A stretch of DNA of 64,000 bases from Octopus bimaculoides. Lineage: Eukaryota. The position numbers and the translations under genes are program-made. The stretch is from NCBI RefSeq assembly GCF_001194135.2, contig NC_068998.1, forward strand, positions 31,215,078 to 31,279,077, in the 5' to 3' direction. Each line of letters opens with the position of its first letter. Within the stretch, counting starts at the first letter, position 1. Of this stretch, positions 49,662-62,836 are shown in pieces. The notes under the pieces are model-generated. The model saw only the letters and a program-made list of their open reading frames with translations, searched no databases and had not been told where the DNA came from.

Positions 49662-52600
49662 TTTATAGATCAGTGACTAGTTGTCACTGTGAAAATTTTA
49701 TATTTCGAATGAGAATTGGGCAGTGTCACCTCCACCCGAATAATTTTTCTTCTGAGACACGTCTATTTTTTCATTTTTGCTACGCAATGTTATGTGAGTT
49801 TTTTTCTGTTTGTGTTTGTACATTTTTGTTATTTTGATATACTTTACGTGAATTTGAACTGTTTTCGTTTGACAAACAGTAATTTTTGCCCTATGGGGCA
49901 GAAAATTTCTGAATATTATAATTTTTGTGAACTATTTATTGTTTATTTTACTGAAAATTTCTCTTGTCATTTGTGACAAGTCTTAACATGGATTTTGACC
50001 TAGCGTCAAAACAGGATTTTCCTGAGATGGGAGAAGGAAAATCAAGTGGAAATTTAAAGGATATCCAGGAAAAACAGAGTTTTATGGTTACCGTTGGCAG
50101 AAATATAATTGAACTGGAAGAAGCTATGGACAAGCTATTCCAGTTTAAGAGTTTAATTGAAAAAAGTGGAGAGGAAACAAGGTTGGTGCCGCCCCCCGAA
50201 ACTGTGCAAGCAATAAAGGAGAAAACAGTTATCTACAAAGTGTACAATATAAAAGGAAAAAGAATAATGGAGGTAAAAAACGAAGTTGTGGAAAGGTGCA
50301 TGGCGCCCATTTGGAATAAAATATGTTACGTTAGCCGAGGAGTAAGAAGTGCCACAATTGAGGCACATTTCAAGTCGACTAGCATAGCCAAAGAAGTGTC
50401 GACGCAGACTTTGAAGAACAAGGAAATTATGCTGCTGCCCACATACTTGGGTCGCAGGACCACAAAGGTGACAGTAGAAGAAATCCTGGTAGGGTATGAA
50501 GTAATGTGGGTAGCGGTGGCAGTAGTGTTCGACATGGAGGGGAAAATCACAATCCTGCAAATGAGGAAAAAGGAACCGGTGAACTGGAGAGGACAAGCTT
50601 TAGAAATGGTAATTCAAGCAGACAACGCAATACTAGAAAATTTGCCTGATAGAGTGTTTGTTGGGGAGGGGCATACAATTCGTGTGTCGGTGGAGGGACG
50701 TAGGCCCAGATGCTTTAAGTGTGGGCTGAAGGGCCACGTTTTCTCTATGTGTACGAAGAAAAAAGCAAATAAGCCCCTCCTCAAAACACAGAGAAAGAAA
50801 GACAAGTGGAAATAATACCAACGCAAGAAAAAAATGAAAAAAAAAAATGTAAAACCAATCGAAAGAAAACACACAAGAGGCAACAGAAGAGATGGAGTTT
50901 AAACAAGTAATGCACAAATGGAAGAAATCTAACACCCTGGACTCCACACCCCAAACAAAACAAAATACAACTACAGACGAACAACACAAAAAAATTCCCC
51001 AATCCCACCCTGCTGGCATTACGTTAACTGGACAATGGTTTGCCATACCCCAACCCACAAATCTAAAAAGTTTTTAAAAAACTGATAAAATTGTCTCCTT
51101 TAATGGAAAAAAATGAGGTTTTACGATATATAAAATCTCAACCAAGGATAAAACTTTTTAACAAAACTGCAGACAGCGGGTCTGATGTTCGCTATGCAAA
51201 AGTCGGAGAGGTGGAGTGGAAGGAAAAACTCCTCCAAGAACATTTAAAAGACAATGTTATAAAAGACGTCACTCCAGAGGTGATAGCGGGCAAACTAATC
51301 ATTAGCCTGGCATCCACACCAACCCAGAGCCCAATGGCAACACCGGTGAAAAGCCCAGCAGCTATGGGGAGTGTTGGGGAGGCAGGCAGACAAAATCTGT
51401 CATGCTCTCTCTCACAACCGTAAGAAGAATATTTTTCTTTTATCAATGATTAAGTTAGGCTGTATAAATGTGTGTGGAATGGGGTCGAAATGAAAAAAGG
51501 CTGGCTTGCTTCCTGAACGACCTCAGGACACATAGATTATGAACGAACCTCAAGTGTTCTCACCTCTTCTGAATGGTTACGAGAAATTTATTTCTCTTAG
51601 CCAGGGAAGAGGTGTGGGCGTGGCAGTCCTTATCAGGAAGAGCTTGAACTTACAGGTAAGTACTGTCTTTCTGGACCCAGAAGGTAGGCTGGTCGTCCTG
51701 GATGTGACCCATGGGAGTAAACAGTCCTTCAGGTTGGTAGCTGTCTACGCCCCTAATAAGCGTGGGCAGTCAATTTTCTTTCGAGACCTGGAGCATTTTC
51801 TAGTGACATCAAAAACGGTAGTTCTGGTAGGGGATTTTAACACTATCCTCGATGCGCGGATTGATAGTGTTAGCTCAACCGATAGGAAAGGGAATCCTAG
51901 CCTCAAGAGTCTACTAGATAGCTTTAATCTAGTAGGCTGTTACCAACTGGATGAGCCAAGTGTTCCACAGTGGACATGGAGTAACAATGGCGGATCACGC
52001 AGATCGTACATAGATAGGGTATTTGTTAGGGAGAGAGATAAAAATACTTTTAGTTGTCCACAATTTTGTATTGTGCCTTACACGGATCACAAACTTGTGA
52101 CGTGTGAGGTACATGTAGATAAATGCCATAGACAGGGACCCAGGTACTGGAAAATGAACAAGTCTATTTTGACTTGTGAAACCATTTGTACCCGGATTAA
52201 GGTGTTAGTACAGAGGGCATTATGCGGCACCATCATTAATAATAGATAGTGGCATGACCTCAAAAGAGCCATCTGTTTGGAGCCATCTGTTTGGAGTCCA
52301 GCAGCTAAGTTTAGATAGGACTAGAATAGAGGGCAATTTAGTTAAGAACTTAGATGAGGCGATGGAATCTAGCTCTGCATCTAGAGTGCAGGTGGTGAGT
52401 ACGGTCTTGTACCGTCACCTCAAAACTAAGCACAAAGGTTGCAGAGTTAGAGCTAAGCTACTTGCAGGGAAACGAAAGGGTATTAACGTTGCCGGATGGG
52501 CATGTCGTGTGGAGAGTCAGAGAGGTAAAAAGGCCTCTATACAGTCTTTAATGGATGAACAGGGGCACAAGATCTATGGACAGGAGGAGATGCAGAAAGT

Positions 52601-55013
52601 CTTTCACCAGCATTTCGCCCAGCTGTTTGGGGAGGGCAGTTCGCTTGAGCGTGGGAAGGCTATAAAGGACTTCCTAGCTGGTGGGCCGCAACTCACAGCA
52701 CGTGAGGTGGAGTGCTGTGAAGGACCGATCACTCCCGCAGAAGAAGGGTGTTGGCCGAGTGCACCGGGGAAAGTTCACCGGGGCTAGATGGTCTGCCCTA
52801 TGAGTTTTATCATTGTATGCCAGACTTGTTCAGGAATATACTGGCAGGCGTCTATGCAAACTGGCAACAGAATGGGAGAATTCTCAGTTCTGTGAGCTGG
52901 GGAGTGGTGATGCTGGTCCAGAAAGACCTGAGCAAGGGGGATAGTATTAGTAACTACAGGCCCATAATTCTACTTAATGTAGAGTTAAAGATTTTGGCCA
53001 AGGTGTTAGCAAAAATGTTGACGGCTGTCGTGGAGAAACTTGTAGGGAAGGCACAGACATGTGCAATCCAGGATAATCTTCACCTTCTCCGCTACACCTT
53101 AGACAGGGTTGGGAAATTAGCCAGCAAAGGAGGGGCATTGGTCCATTTAGACCAAAGTAAAGCGTTCGATAGACCATCAATATCTGGAGGCAGTCCTCGA
53201 AGCAGCTGGGTTGGGTCCTGGCTTTCACGAGTGGATCTCCGCTATGCACAGCGGCATCAAGTCCACAGTCCAAATAAACAGTTACCTGATGGAGCCGTTT
53301 TCGATCAAGCGCTCAGTTCGTCAAGGGTGTCCCTTGTCTCCGCTTCTGTACATGTTGGTTCTAGAGCCATTGCTGCGGAAGTTGGAGAAGTTGGGAGGCA
53401 ACCTTAATGAAATTGGATGCGGTAAGTCTATTTCTCCTTATGCGGATGACGTCACCTTCATCGTGTCCAATGAAGCACAGCTACCTCGTGTAGAAGACGC
53501 TCTCAGAAGATATGAAGCGGTAGCAGGGGCAAAAGTTAACAAGGACAAGTCCATCAGCTTGCGCCTCGGCACCTGGAGGAGCAAGTCGATATCGTCCAGT
53601 GTCGTGGGTCACTGGACAGATGGTCCTGTTAAGTTGCTTGGAGTTTGGTTTGGCTCAGACTCCCAGATGGAGAAGAATTGGAGCGAAGTGGCAGTCAAGG
53701 TAGAGTTCATAATACGGAAGTGGTCCGGAAGGGATCTGTACTTGAAAGGAAGGGCAGAGGTGGTACAGGTGTTTATGGCATCTGTAATCACTTACCGCCT
53801 GACTGTCGTGCCTTGCCTCGATTCATAGCTAAACAAGTCGGAAAGGAGGAAAGCCACTTGTAAGGCACTCCGTTTGCTGCCAGGAACCGTTGAAGGGTGG
53901 GCTGGGAATGCCTTGGCTAATGATGCGCAGACATGCGTTGAGGCTGAGACATCTCTGGCGCCACTTGGAGGGTGACAAGGTGTGGAGTCTACTGGCAGAG
54001 GAATTCTTCCCGTGACCGGCCTCTATGGAGAGATTTAAACCCGGTTTCATAAAAAGACGGAATCTGACTTTATGGCAGAAGGAGTGCTGACAGGCACTCT
54101 GGCTGATCCACAAGACGGGCAAGGCCGGCAGCAGGAATACTACCTCGGTGTTCTATAGAGGGCTGGTAGAGGCAAAAAATGATGATGTCTTAGGAGGGGC
54201 TCTGGGGTTCGTCAAGAACCAGCTTGCCAACTTGTTTAAAAAAACTTTTAGGCCAGTGTACTTGGACAACTACCAAAAACCCCTGACCTGGCAGTGCTAC
54301 AGGAATGCTTTACCTGTTCACGATAAATTATCTAGGCATGGAATGTCAGTGCCACCAACATGTCCAAGATGTGGGCTGGACAATGAAACCGTCCAACACG
54401 CTTTTGTACAATGTCGGGAGCTGTCAAGCTTGATAAGTTATGTAGAACATGTGTTGTCGCATCTGGGATGATTACAACTGTTGGCTGGATCTATAATAAA
54501 GATGATACTGCCAACTGGACTCTCAAAGAAAGGTGAGGCTTGTTTTTACTGTACAGTGGCAGTATTGAAAGAGTGTGTATGGAGAACTAGAATAGAAGGT
54601 TTCGTGACAGGGTCCTTCATCTCTGACCTGGGTTTGTTGACATACTTCAGATACCATCTGAAGAGCAAGATGGGGTTGGAGAGGAGGACCCTGCTGCTGG
54701 GACAGTATGAGAAATGTTGGAAGGATGTGATGAGAAAGGTGGGTGTCAGTAACCCAGCTTAATCATCAATGAAAAGAAAAAAAGATAGTTGCTGGGCCTT
54801 ACAGGCTGCCGGGTATGAAGTTAGGACTTGCTTCTTTTTATTTCTTTTATTTTGTTAAAAAAAGAAAAGGACATTTTAAAAGTCAAGTAAATCATATATA
54901 TTATATTAAAATTTTTAATCGTACATTCAAACTCATCATAACATTTTTTTGTAATTGTTTTGTCCCGTAATGTCCCATCTACGTACCGATTGTAATAATC
55001 ATAATAAAGAATT
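49662..55013 (+). mobile_element. Tx1/L1-clade non-LTR retrotransposon, near full-length, frameshifted
   Basis: ORF1 49964-50815 with a gag-like CCHC knuckle (CFKCGLKGHVFSMC). ORF2 from ~51446: APE (LVAVYAP, LVGDFNT, SYIDRVF, YTDHKLV), RT (SPGLDGLP, NYRPIILLN, VRQGCPLSPLL, YADDVT) and C-terminal CPRCGLDNETVQHAFVQC. AATAAA at ~55003. Confidence 0.9.
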
Positions 55014-55287
55014 CACCTCTAGCCGAACAATTATTCTGTGCTGATGAAGGGAAATAACCCAGAAATCACGATACACAGATATTGTTTTGAGCTGAGTGGG
55101 GGTTCTAGATTCCCTTGTTCAAAAATATGACACAGATCATGTCACATAGCCAGCTGGGGACGATATCTCATGGGGCTAAAATTACAGCAACATTCATCCC
55201 GCCATGTTATGTTGGTAAAAATCTTTACTCCAAAGTACTGTTGCTGAATATCTCTCGTTGTGAGATTTAAAAATAGTAATTTTCTAA
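55014..55287 (+). repeat. ~275-bp repeat unit, downstream copy
   Basis: Direct repeat of 49374-49661, starting immediately after the LINE AATAAA. Confidence 0.85.
55035..55079 (+). ncRNA. Minimal type I hammerhead ribozyme motif
   Basis: TCTGTG-CTGATGA-A-GGG-AAATAA-CCC-A-GAAA-TC-AC-GA-TA-CACAGA: 6-bp stem I, intact CUGAUGA and GAAA boxes, AUA triplet. One extra A on each side of stem II. Confidence 0.65.
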
Positions 55288-55487
55288 AATTGATTTTGGC
55301 AGAATTTGAACTCAGAATGTGAGGACAGAAGAAATAGTGCTAAGCATTTTGCCCAATATGCTAACAATTCTGCCAGCTCACTGTCTTATATTCACAAATT
55401 AATACAAATAGACAAAGCTAGCTCATCATGGTTACACCAAAACTTTGACTTTCTATGATAGTCCCAGTTTTCTGAATCCACATCGTA

Positions 55488-55491
<4 letters not shown>

Positions 55492-55563
<72 letters not shown>
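55492..55563. repeat. (TG)n microsatellite
   Basis: About 36 uninterrupted TG units. Other (TA)n, (CA)n and (AAT)n tracts at e.g. 668-728, 6296-6335, 23920-23980, 31988-32024 and 37575-37630. Confidence 0.95.
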
Positions 55564-55566
<3 letters not shown>

Positions 55567-55842
55567 GGTTCAGGGTTCAGATGGATCAGGCCCTTGAATA
55601 GTAAAGCATCAAGGTTGGGCTAATGGAATAGCTATCATGCACAAAACAAAATTAGGGGAACATATCCATACATACCAAAGTAAAGACGGATTTATATTTC
55701 AGTTGTATGTACAATCACAAGCAGCTGACTGAATATACCATGGGTCTTAATGCTGCACCTAGGTTCAAACACTGCACCAATTGTACTGCATTCAATAAAC
55801 TCCAGATCCATGTTAGTTGCAGGTTCTAAGTAAGGTAAATAA

Positions 55843-56099
55843 TATATAAATAACAACAGATGGATAGTGGCTCACTCATTACAGCTGTTTCAGACATATT
55901 TTTTATTGATGAGTGGTTATTACATCATGTGAAAAAAATACTGTTGTTATCAGGTCAATATATGTTTAAATCATGCTTATATTCACCTGATAAAAACGTT
56001 TTTTTTTTCCACACGATGTAATAGCTATTCATCAATAAAAAAATATGTCTGAAACAGCTGTAGTAAGTGAACCACTATCCATCTGTTGTTATTCATATA
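55843..56099. repeat. Fold-back hairpin with ~120-bp arms and ~15-nt loop
   Basis: AACAACAGATGGATAGTGG...CAGGTCAATATA / TATATTCACCTG...CCACTATCCATCTGTTGTT. Confidence 0.9.
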
Positions 56100-56167
56100 T
56101 ATATATATATATATATACACACGCACACACATATGTATATATATGTGTATGTGTGTTTGTGTGTGTA

Positions 56168-58745
56168 TGTTATATAGTGAAACTGTATACCCACTCCCGG
56201 TAAAAAGTGCTAGGAGTCAGCCATTGTAAGTAGACCAGTAGCTGGTTGTCAAGAGAGGGTCAAGAGTCAAAGAGTAGAGAGTCAACAGTTCTAGTTGGTG
56301 TCTTGTGGAGCTATCAACAATAGTAAGACAGAAGAAGTTAGTGTATTACTATTTGAGTATGAAGAGATACAACAATATCCAATAACTATATTTGCTATAA
56401 ACTAAACGGAGGGAAAATTTTCTCAAAGTTAGACCTCTCAGAGGTGTACCTTCAAATTCAGTTAGAGGAAAATTGCACACATCTACTAACAATCAACATG
56501 CACTGTAGATTGTACAAGTTCAAACAACTACTGTTGGAGTAAAAGTGACACCCATCATATTCCAACAAATAATGGATGCGATGTTAAGTGATTGTGACTT
56601 CGCCATCACATACCTCGATGAAACTTTGACAAAGAGCGAATCTCAAGTGCAACATGTCAAACACATAAAGAAAGTATTCAAGAGAATAAGTGAATACATG
56701 CTAAAACTGACAACAAAAATGCAAATATTTGATAGAAAAATTAAAATACCTAAGTAATTGACAAAAGTGGATGCAAACTGGACCCATCGAGAGTGATGGC
56801 AATATGGGATATTCTGCCCCCAACAAACATGACAATGCTACAAGCATTCCTGGGCTTGGTAAATTATTTCCAAGTGTATATCCTAAATATACATAAGGTA
56901 AAGGCATCACTTAATGAATTACTCAAAAAAGTGCCAAATGGGTTTGGACAGAGGAATACCAGAAAGCATTTAACGAGTTAAAAGATGTGTTAATTTCAGA
57001 CTTGTATTTTACACATTTCGACCCAAAGTTAGAGATAATACTAGCTACAGACGGTAGTGAGTAAGGGATAGGAGCTATGCTCCTACACAAGGATAACAAT
57101 GGTAGGAGAAAGGCAATAGCTCACACATCAAGGACATTGATGTGTGGGCTATGGAAAAGAGCTATAGCCAGATTGAAAAGGCGGTGTTGACTATTATATT
57201 TAGCATGAAAAAGTTCCACAGGTTCATTCACAGCAGATGTTTTTGGTTGCAATGATCATAGACCTCTGATAATGAAATACAGATCCAAAAAAGGAATCCC
57301 AACAGACTGCAGTTATGGGGTGCTATTCTATTAAACTATGATTATAGAATGGAATATCTGCCTTCAAAAAAGTTGGGGCATGCAGATAGTCTGTCTAGGT
57401 TAATTCCGAGAAATAACAAACCGCTAGAGGACATCATAATAGCAGCACTAAGACTGGAAGCAGAAAAAAAAAAAAAAGTGATGTGGAACATCATGTGTGG
57501 ACTACCAGTAACTTTGGAAGAAATAAAAAGAAATGTGAGAAATGACAAATTTATTAATGAGAGAAAAAGAAAACTTTGGTTGACAAAAGGAAATAGAGAA
57601 AAGTATGATGCAAAGAACTGTCAAGATGTGAGCGTGTACTCTATATGTGATGCTGTACTAATGTGCGCTCAGAGAGTGGTCATACTACAGACATTACAGA
57701 GGAGAATGTTAAAAGAGTTCCATGTGGAACACCCAGGCATCTCTAGAATGAAAGCGCTGATGCGACGTTTCATATACTGGCCAAGCATGGACAAGGAAGT
57801 TGAAAACCTGGTAAAAGGCTGCAGAGTATGTGTGCTGGCAGCAAACCTACTTACTACAAAATGTGAACCTTGGCTGGAAGTGAAAATACCATGGTTCTGA
57901 TTGTATATCAATTTTGCAGGCCTGGTAAATGGATATTATTACTTAATAGTTAGTAACTGCTACACAAAATGGCCTGAAGTCATGAGGTGTAAACAACCAA
58001 CCTTATATACAGTAATAAACTTCTTACATAAGATGTTCACAAGATTTGGTGTACCAGATATAATTGTCTCTGAAAATGGAACACAGTTTGTATCCTGTGA
58101 GTTTAAAAGATTCTGCGAGATGTTCAAATTAGAACATAAAACTATAGCACCATATCACCCTAGATCGAATGGGAGAGCCAATGGTTTGTGGACACTTTAA
58201 AGAGAGCTTTAAAAAAAGCTTATATGGAAGCCACAGACAAAGTCACGATCCAACAATTCTTAGGGGTATACAGGGTAACTTCGAACCCAAATGCGCCAGA
58301 AGGTAGTTCACCATCAGAATGTTTGCCAGAAAGGTAAAGTCAATATTGAAGAAACTACTACCAGTGAAGTAAAATATACATGCTAGTAAAGACATGCTAA
58401 AATTCTTTAGAATTGGTGATAAGTTATATGTAAGAATGCACAAAAATGAGAAGCAATACTGGAAAGAAGGAGAAGTTGTAACATACATAGGAAGAATGAT
58501 GTATGGTGTAAGAAGCAGAAATGGAATGGAAAGGAGACATAGAAATCAGCTTAAGGAAAGAGGAACCAACAAAGTCAAGAGTCAAAGAGTCGAGAACTGA
58601 CAGTTCTAGTTGGTATCTTGTGGAGCTATCAGCGATAGTAACACAGAAATTAGTGTATTACTATTTTGGTATGAAGAGATACAATGGTATCTGATGACTA
58701 GTAACTATTGTGGCCACTAGCATAAAACAGCAACTACAATACAAC
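56168..58745 (+). mobile_element. Gypsy-type LTR retrotransposon remnant (internally deleted)
   Basis: LTR-like direct repeats ~56255-56385 and ~58568-58690. Order RT (YLDETL), RNase H (LATDGS, YSQIEK), integrase (HVEHPGISRMKALMRRFIYWP, IVSENGTQFVS, APYHPRSNG). Confidence 0.85.
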
Positions 58746-58799
58746 AGCAGTTACACATCACACCAGTATGAGGAACTCGCGTTACAACTATATCACTAC

Positions 58800-59935
58800 C
58801 AGAACTAGAGAAGTTTCAGGTGTGGAAACAAGGTCTAGAATCAAAGGGCATTAAAGTTAACCTAGCAAAAACCAAAGTCTTAGTAAGTATGAAAGCAGAC
58901 AAATCACAAATCCCTTCAGGTAGATAGCCCTGCTTGATCTGTAGAAAAGGCATGATTAGAAAGTCCATAAGACCTACTTGGTGTAAGCCATGGACACATA
59001 AGAGGTGCAACAATATCAGCGGAAGGTTAACAGGGAAAAGTTTTTGTGTGGAAGGTGCATAGGTACAATTAACACTAAAAATATACAGAAAATAGATTCC
59101 ATCACATGCCAATGGAGAAAACTAGAAGTAGTCGATAGCTTCTGTTACCTAGGTGACCAAGTCAGTAGCCGGGGTGGATGCTCTGAGAGCATGGCTGCTA
59201 GAATAAGAATAGGCTGGGCAGAGAGCTTCTACCACTGCTGGTAATGAAGGGCCTCTTGGTCAGAGTGAAAGGCAGACTGCATGATGCTTGTGTGTGAACA
59301 GCCATGCTGTACAGTAGTGAAACATAGGCTGTGACTGCCGAGGACAAGAGTACGCTTGTAAGAAATGAAGCTAGTATGCTTCTCTGGACGTGTGATGTCA
59401 ATGTGCAGAGAAAAGTTGGGCATAAGAGACATCAGATGTGTACAAGAGACGACTGTGCTGGTAAAGTCATGTGATGCGTATGGACAAGGACTGCTGTGTG
59501 AAGAAGTGTTGCACTCTAATGGTGGAGGGAAACTGTGGAAGAGGTAGACCCAGGAAGACATGGGACAAGATAGTAAAGCATGATCTTCAAATGTTGGGCC
59601 TTAGGGAGGCAATGACAAGCGACTGAGACCTTTGGTGATAAGCTGTGCTTGAGAAGACCTGTCAAGCCAAGTGAGATCATAGTTGTGGCTGATGCCAGTG
59701 TCAGGCTGATGCCAGTGTCAGGTCAATGGCACCCATGCCGGTGGCATATAAAAAACACCCATTACACTCTCAGAGTGGTTGGTATTACGAAGGGCATCCA
59801 GATGCAGAAACCTTACCAAATCAGATTGGAACCTGGTGTAGTTTCCTAGTTTACCAGTTTTCAGTCAAACCGTCCAACCCATTCCAGCATGGAAGACAGA
59901 CATTAAATAATGATGATGATGATGATGATGATGAT
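58800..59935 (+). mobile_element. RTE-clade LINE 3' portion with (GAT)n tail
   Basis: LEVVDSFCYLGDQVSSRGGCSES..ARIRIGW; same 3' tail as 1-277. Confidence 0.8.
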
Positions 59936-60269
59936 ATATACACTAATATTATTAATTATTTGTAGGATTCATTTAAATCAAGGCATTCTAATATTAAGGA
60001 CACCAATCAAGGGTTGAGATCTGCATATCCATGTATATACAATATACAAACATGCTTATATGGACATATTCATACACTTTTTCAAATACATATAAATGAA
60101 CACATCACTATACACATACATATAGATATACATGTGCTTGAAATTATATACCCATGCACACCGAAATGCAGTTTCCAACATAGGGAAGGTTCCAGATATG
60201 GTGTTTATATAAAGAAAGAACACAAATGGGTTAAGGTTCACAACAGTTACTTCAAGCATGTCTCTTATT

Positions 60270-61520
60270 GATGAATTAGATTATGAAAAAAACATTTTCT
60301 TTAGGTAAATTAAAATTTTAAACTTGGTTTGGAGTAAAAAATACCAACATGTGGAATGTGGATTGACCCTCTCAAGAGGGTCATAATGCTGCAGAAGCTG
60401 TGTAATGCAGCTTCTTCCTGAGAAGAAGCCATGCCAAGTGTCAGGGAACAAGTCATTATCTTTCAGGAATGTGGTCAGTTTCCTCCTGACAATGCATTTC
60501 ATGACTTTGCTGACATGGGAGTTTCGTGTGACAGGTCTATAATTTTTAGCAGCCAATAGGATATATTATGCCTTTCTTTAACTTTCTGGGAAGTCTCCCA
60601 GTTGCAAGGAAACTTTGGAAGAGGATCTGTAGTAGTTTTGCTAGAGCCCCTTTGCATTTCTTTAGGAAGATTGCTGGAAATCCATCAGGGCCCTGGCTGA
60701 GTTTAAGCCCATTTCACCAATGGCTGATATTACAACAGTTTCCTCTATTTCTTTGTGTAAATCTGTGCCAAAGATCTTATAAAGCATAGCTATTTGCAAG
60801 TGTTTTATCAGAGTTGTGAAAACACATTTGTATTGCATATTCAGTATTTCACTTATCCTCTGGAGGTCTGCAGTTGGCAAGCCATTTTCTTGGAACAGTG
60901 GCCCTATCTTGTACCGTACTGAAGTAGACCCTTTTGCAAATCTATAGAAGGCTTTAGGGTTTGTTTACATTTTTGGTAGCCCTGACTTCCTTCTCTGCCC
61001 TCTCCTTCACATGGGAATGTTTGAGTTCTCTTTCAATCTCAAGTAGTGTTTGTTTGGGATAGAGATGTTTGCTATCTTTTAGTGGCACACTTGGACAGTT
61101 TGAGATCTTTGCTAGTCGTCTCATTAAAATCTTCGTATCCCTGGCAATTAAGTTTTCTGTTGGCTTAACATTTGCTCTAGATCAAACTTACAATATATGC
61201 CATGCATTATTGTCATAAAGTTCTGTAGTCTTATGTTAACATCTTGTGTAGAGAGACTTGTAGTCCTGTTTTGTCCTACGACCTCTTTTTGAATACCCTT
61301 CCAATCAGTTTTATGAAAGTTCAAGATGGAAAGGAGTTGGTGCTTCTAGTAGCCTGCATGTCTGCAGTTCTCTGCAAGGCATATGTTGTAAGTTCTATTA
61401 AGTTATGGTCTGAGTAAATCATCGGTGTCACCTTAAGATTATGGATGAGCATCATATGATCTGTGAAGCAGAGGTCCAGGACATTTTTACCCCTTATTGG
61501 GTGGAGCACTATTCCCCATC
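60270..61520 (-). mobile_element. CR1-type LINE internal fragment (endonuclease end to RT start)
   Basis: PIRGKNVLDLCFT...SDHNLI and KNYRPVT..SHVSKVMKCIV...HGFFSGRSCITQLL. Confidence 0.8.
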
Positions 61521-61974
61521 CCTGAAAACGCTACACATATAGTACCACTGTATACCATTCCAACTTTACAAGAACACCAAGCCTAAAACATACACAAATT
61601 TTCCATACACACTTTTCCAGAAAACCCTTGTTGCCTTGCAACGCCCCAAGACACAAGGTCTTGGTGCCAAGGGACTTAACTCTTAACTTAATCGTTGCTC
61701 AGTGTTTTGTCGTTTTTTCACAGCAACCGCAAACCGGATGTCTTTTCACCTCCAACAATAGAGAGCAGTCGCCATATTTCATTCCATAATTGCCACCTCT
61801 GAAGAGTGCAGGGTTATATAAGCAGTCTGTTATTTAACTGTTGAACCCCCTAGTGTGAAACTGATTGATAAGATCGGTCATAATGGGTGTATGATACTGT
61901 ACACTTTGACTAATATACCCACTCTATTGACAAATACACGAGTGCATATTTTTTGTGACTTGTGGATTCTTAGA

Positions 61975-62014
<40 letters not shown>

Positions 62015-62783
62015 NNNNNNNNNNNNNNNNNNNNNNNNNNNNNNNNNNNNNNNNNNNNNNNNNNNNNNNNNNNNNNNNNNNNNNNNNNNNNNNNNNNNNN
62101 NNNNNNNNNNNNNNNNNNNNNNNNNNNNNNNNNNNNNNNNNNNNNNNNNNNNNNNNNNNNNNNNNNNNNNNNNNNNNNNNNNNNNNNNNNNNNNNNNNNN
62201 NNNNNNNNNNNNNNNNNNNNNNNNNNNNNNNNNNNNNNNNNNNNNNNNNNNNNNNNNNNNNNNNNNNNNNNNNNNNNNNNNNNNNNNNNNNNNNNNNNNN
62301 NNNNNNNNNNNNNNNNNNNNNNNNNNNNNNNNNNNNNNNNNNNNNNNNNNNNNNNNNNNNNNNNNNNNNNNNNNNNNNNNNNNNNNNNNNNNNNNNNNNN
62401 NNNNNNNNNNNNNNNNNNNNNNNNNNNNNNNNNNNNNNNNNNNNNNNNNNNNNNNNNNNNNNNNNNNNNNNNNNNNNNNNNNNNNNNNNNNNNNNNNNNN
62501 NNNNNNNNNNNNNNNNNNNNNNNNNNNNNNNNNNNNNNNNNNNNNNNNNNNNNNNNNNNNNNNNNNNNNNNNNNNNNNNNNNNNNNNNNNNNNNNNNNNN
62601 NNNNNNNNNNNNNNNNNNNNNNNNNNNNNNNNNNNNNNNNNNNNNNNNNNNNNNNNNNNNNNNNNNNNNNNNNNNNNNNNNNNNNNNNNNNNNNNNNNNN
62701 NNNNNNNNNNNNNNNNNNNNNNNNNNNNNNNNNNNNNNNNNNNNNNNNNNNNNNNNNNNNNNNNNNNNNNNNNNNNNNNNNNN
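62015..62783. other. Assembly gap (N run)
   Basis: N runs at 8586-8988, 35894-35956, 36419-36428, 36752-36851, 49245-49344, 62015-62783 and 63389-63904. Confidence 1.
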
Positions 62784-62793
62784 NNNNNNNNNN

Positions 62794-62836
<43 letters not shown>

